Part shown: in pieces, positions 29,771 to 30,053 of the stretch
Numbering within the stretch: position 1 is the first letter of the stretch
How the letters are laid out: every line of letters begins with the position of its first letter
Origin: Synechococcus sp.
GTDB lineage: Bacteria > Cyanobacteriota > Cyanobacteriia > Thermostichales > PCC-7336
Reading direction: 5' to 3'
NCBI GenBank assembly: GCA_051439605.1
Contig: JBFRWN010000028.1
Span: 1 to 30,053 of the forward strand
Length of the DNA stretch: 30,053 bases
Position numbers and translations under genes: made by a program
Notes under the pieces: generated by a model
The model's database searches: none
The model's input: the letters and a program-made list of their open reading frames with translations, nothing else
Told to the model about the DNA's origin: nothing

Positions 29771-29810
29771 TCCCCTTTCCCGCTCTGTGAGAGGGACTAG
29801 GGGCGAGGGC
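29771..29810. repeat. Cyanobacterial short dispersed GC-rich palindromic repeat (degenerate)
   Basis: TCCCCTTTCCCGCTCTGTGAGAGGGACTAGGGGCGAGGGC resembles the common CCCCTCTCCC...GGGAGAGGGG.TAGGGGTGAGGG intergenic repeat; single copy in the window. Confidence 0.65.
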
Positions 29811-29946
29811 CATCGAAGTCAGGTTCTCTGAATAACTTCTTCATAGAGCCTTTGTAGTTTTTGCCTGAACAGTTACGCAAACTAATGTTATTCCTGAATT
29901 TGCTTTTTGATGAAAAACTCCTATCAATTCATAGAACCTAGAGAGT

Positions 29947-30053
29947 CTACTTCAATTGACAGCTAGGGCAAAAGTGAGCCGATCGCCCCGCCAACTTGAT
30001 GCGTTCAATCGTGCTGCCACATCGTCGACAGTCCTCACCATCGCGGCTGTACA
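29947..30053 (-). CDS. mutM: Formamidopyrimidine-DNA glycosylase, C-terminal zinc finger (5'-truncated by window)
   Basis: - strand reads YSRDGEDCRRCGSTIERIKLAGRSAHFCPSCQLK*, the Fpg CxxC...GR...FCPxCQ finger. Not in the ORF track. Confidence 0.93.
   Translation of the reverse strand, partial: YSRDGEDCRRCGSTIERIKLAGRSAHFCPSCQLK

Overview
Cyanobacterial chromosomal window with abundant HIP1 (GCGATCGC) sites, mostly core genes. In order: 3' end of psbD, psbC, a cellulose-synthase-like GT2 protein, groEL/groES with a CIRCE operator, mfd, a GT9 glycosyltransferase, dtd, rpaA, a small accessory-looking block (transglutaminase-like, ankyrin, DJ-1/PfpI, solitary tyrosine recombinase), fabF, acpP, an RND pump with its MFP, ndhO, an SPFH protein, a secreted glycine-zipper protein, furC/perR, a TIGR04376-like coiled-coil protein, a HAD hydrolase, an HExxH membrane protein, a small secreted protein, and the 3' end of mutM. 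I see no CRISPR array, tRNA, rRNA or complete mobile element. I cannot demonstrate a new system from sequence alone. The best leads are: (1) an atypical PSII core locus (psbD/psbC not overlapping, D2 H336Q/E337R, CP43 chlorophyll-ligand His shifted by one residue); (2) an intact BcsA-like protein that has lost its catalytic motifs; (3) a solitary Xer-like recombinase behind fabF; (4) an RND pump directly upstream of acpP-fabF; (5) structured or repeat-bearing intergenic regions near rpaA, furC and the glycine-zipper gene. All comparisons with reference proteins and motifs are from memory, not from database searches.
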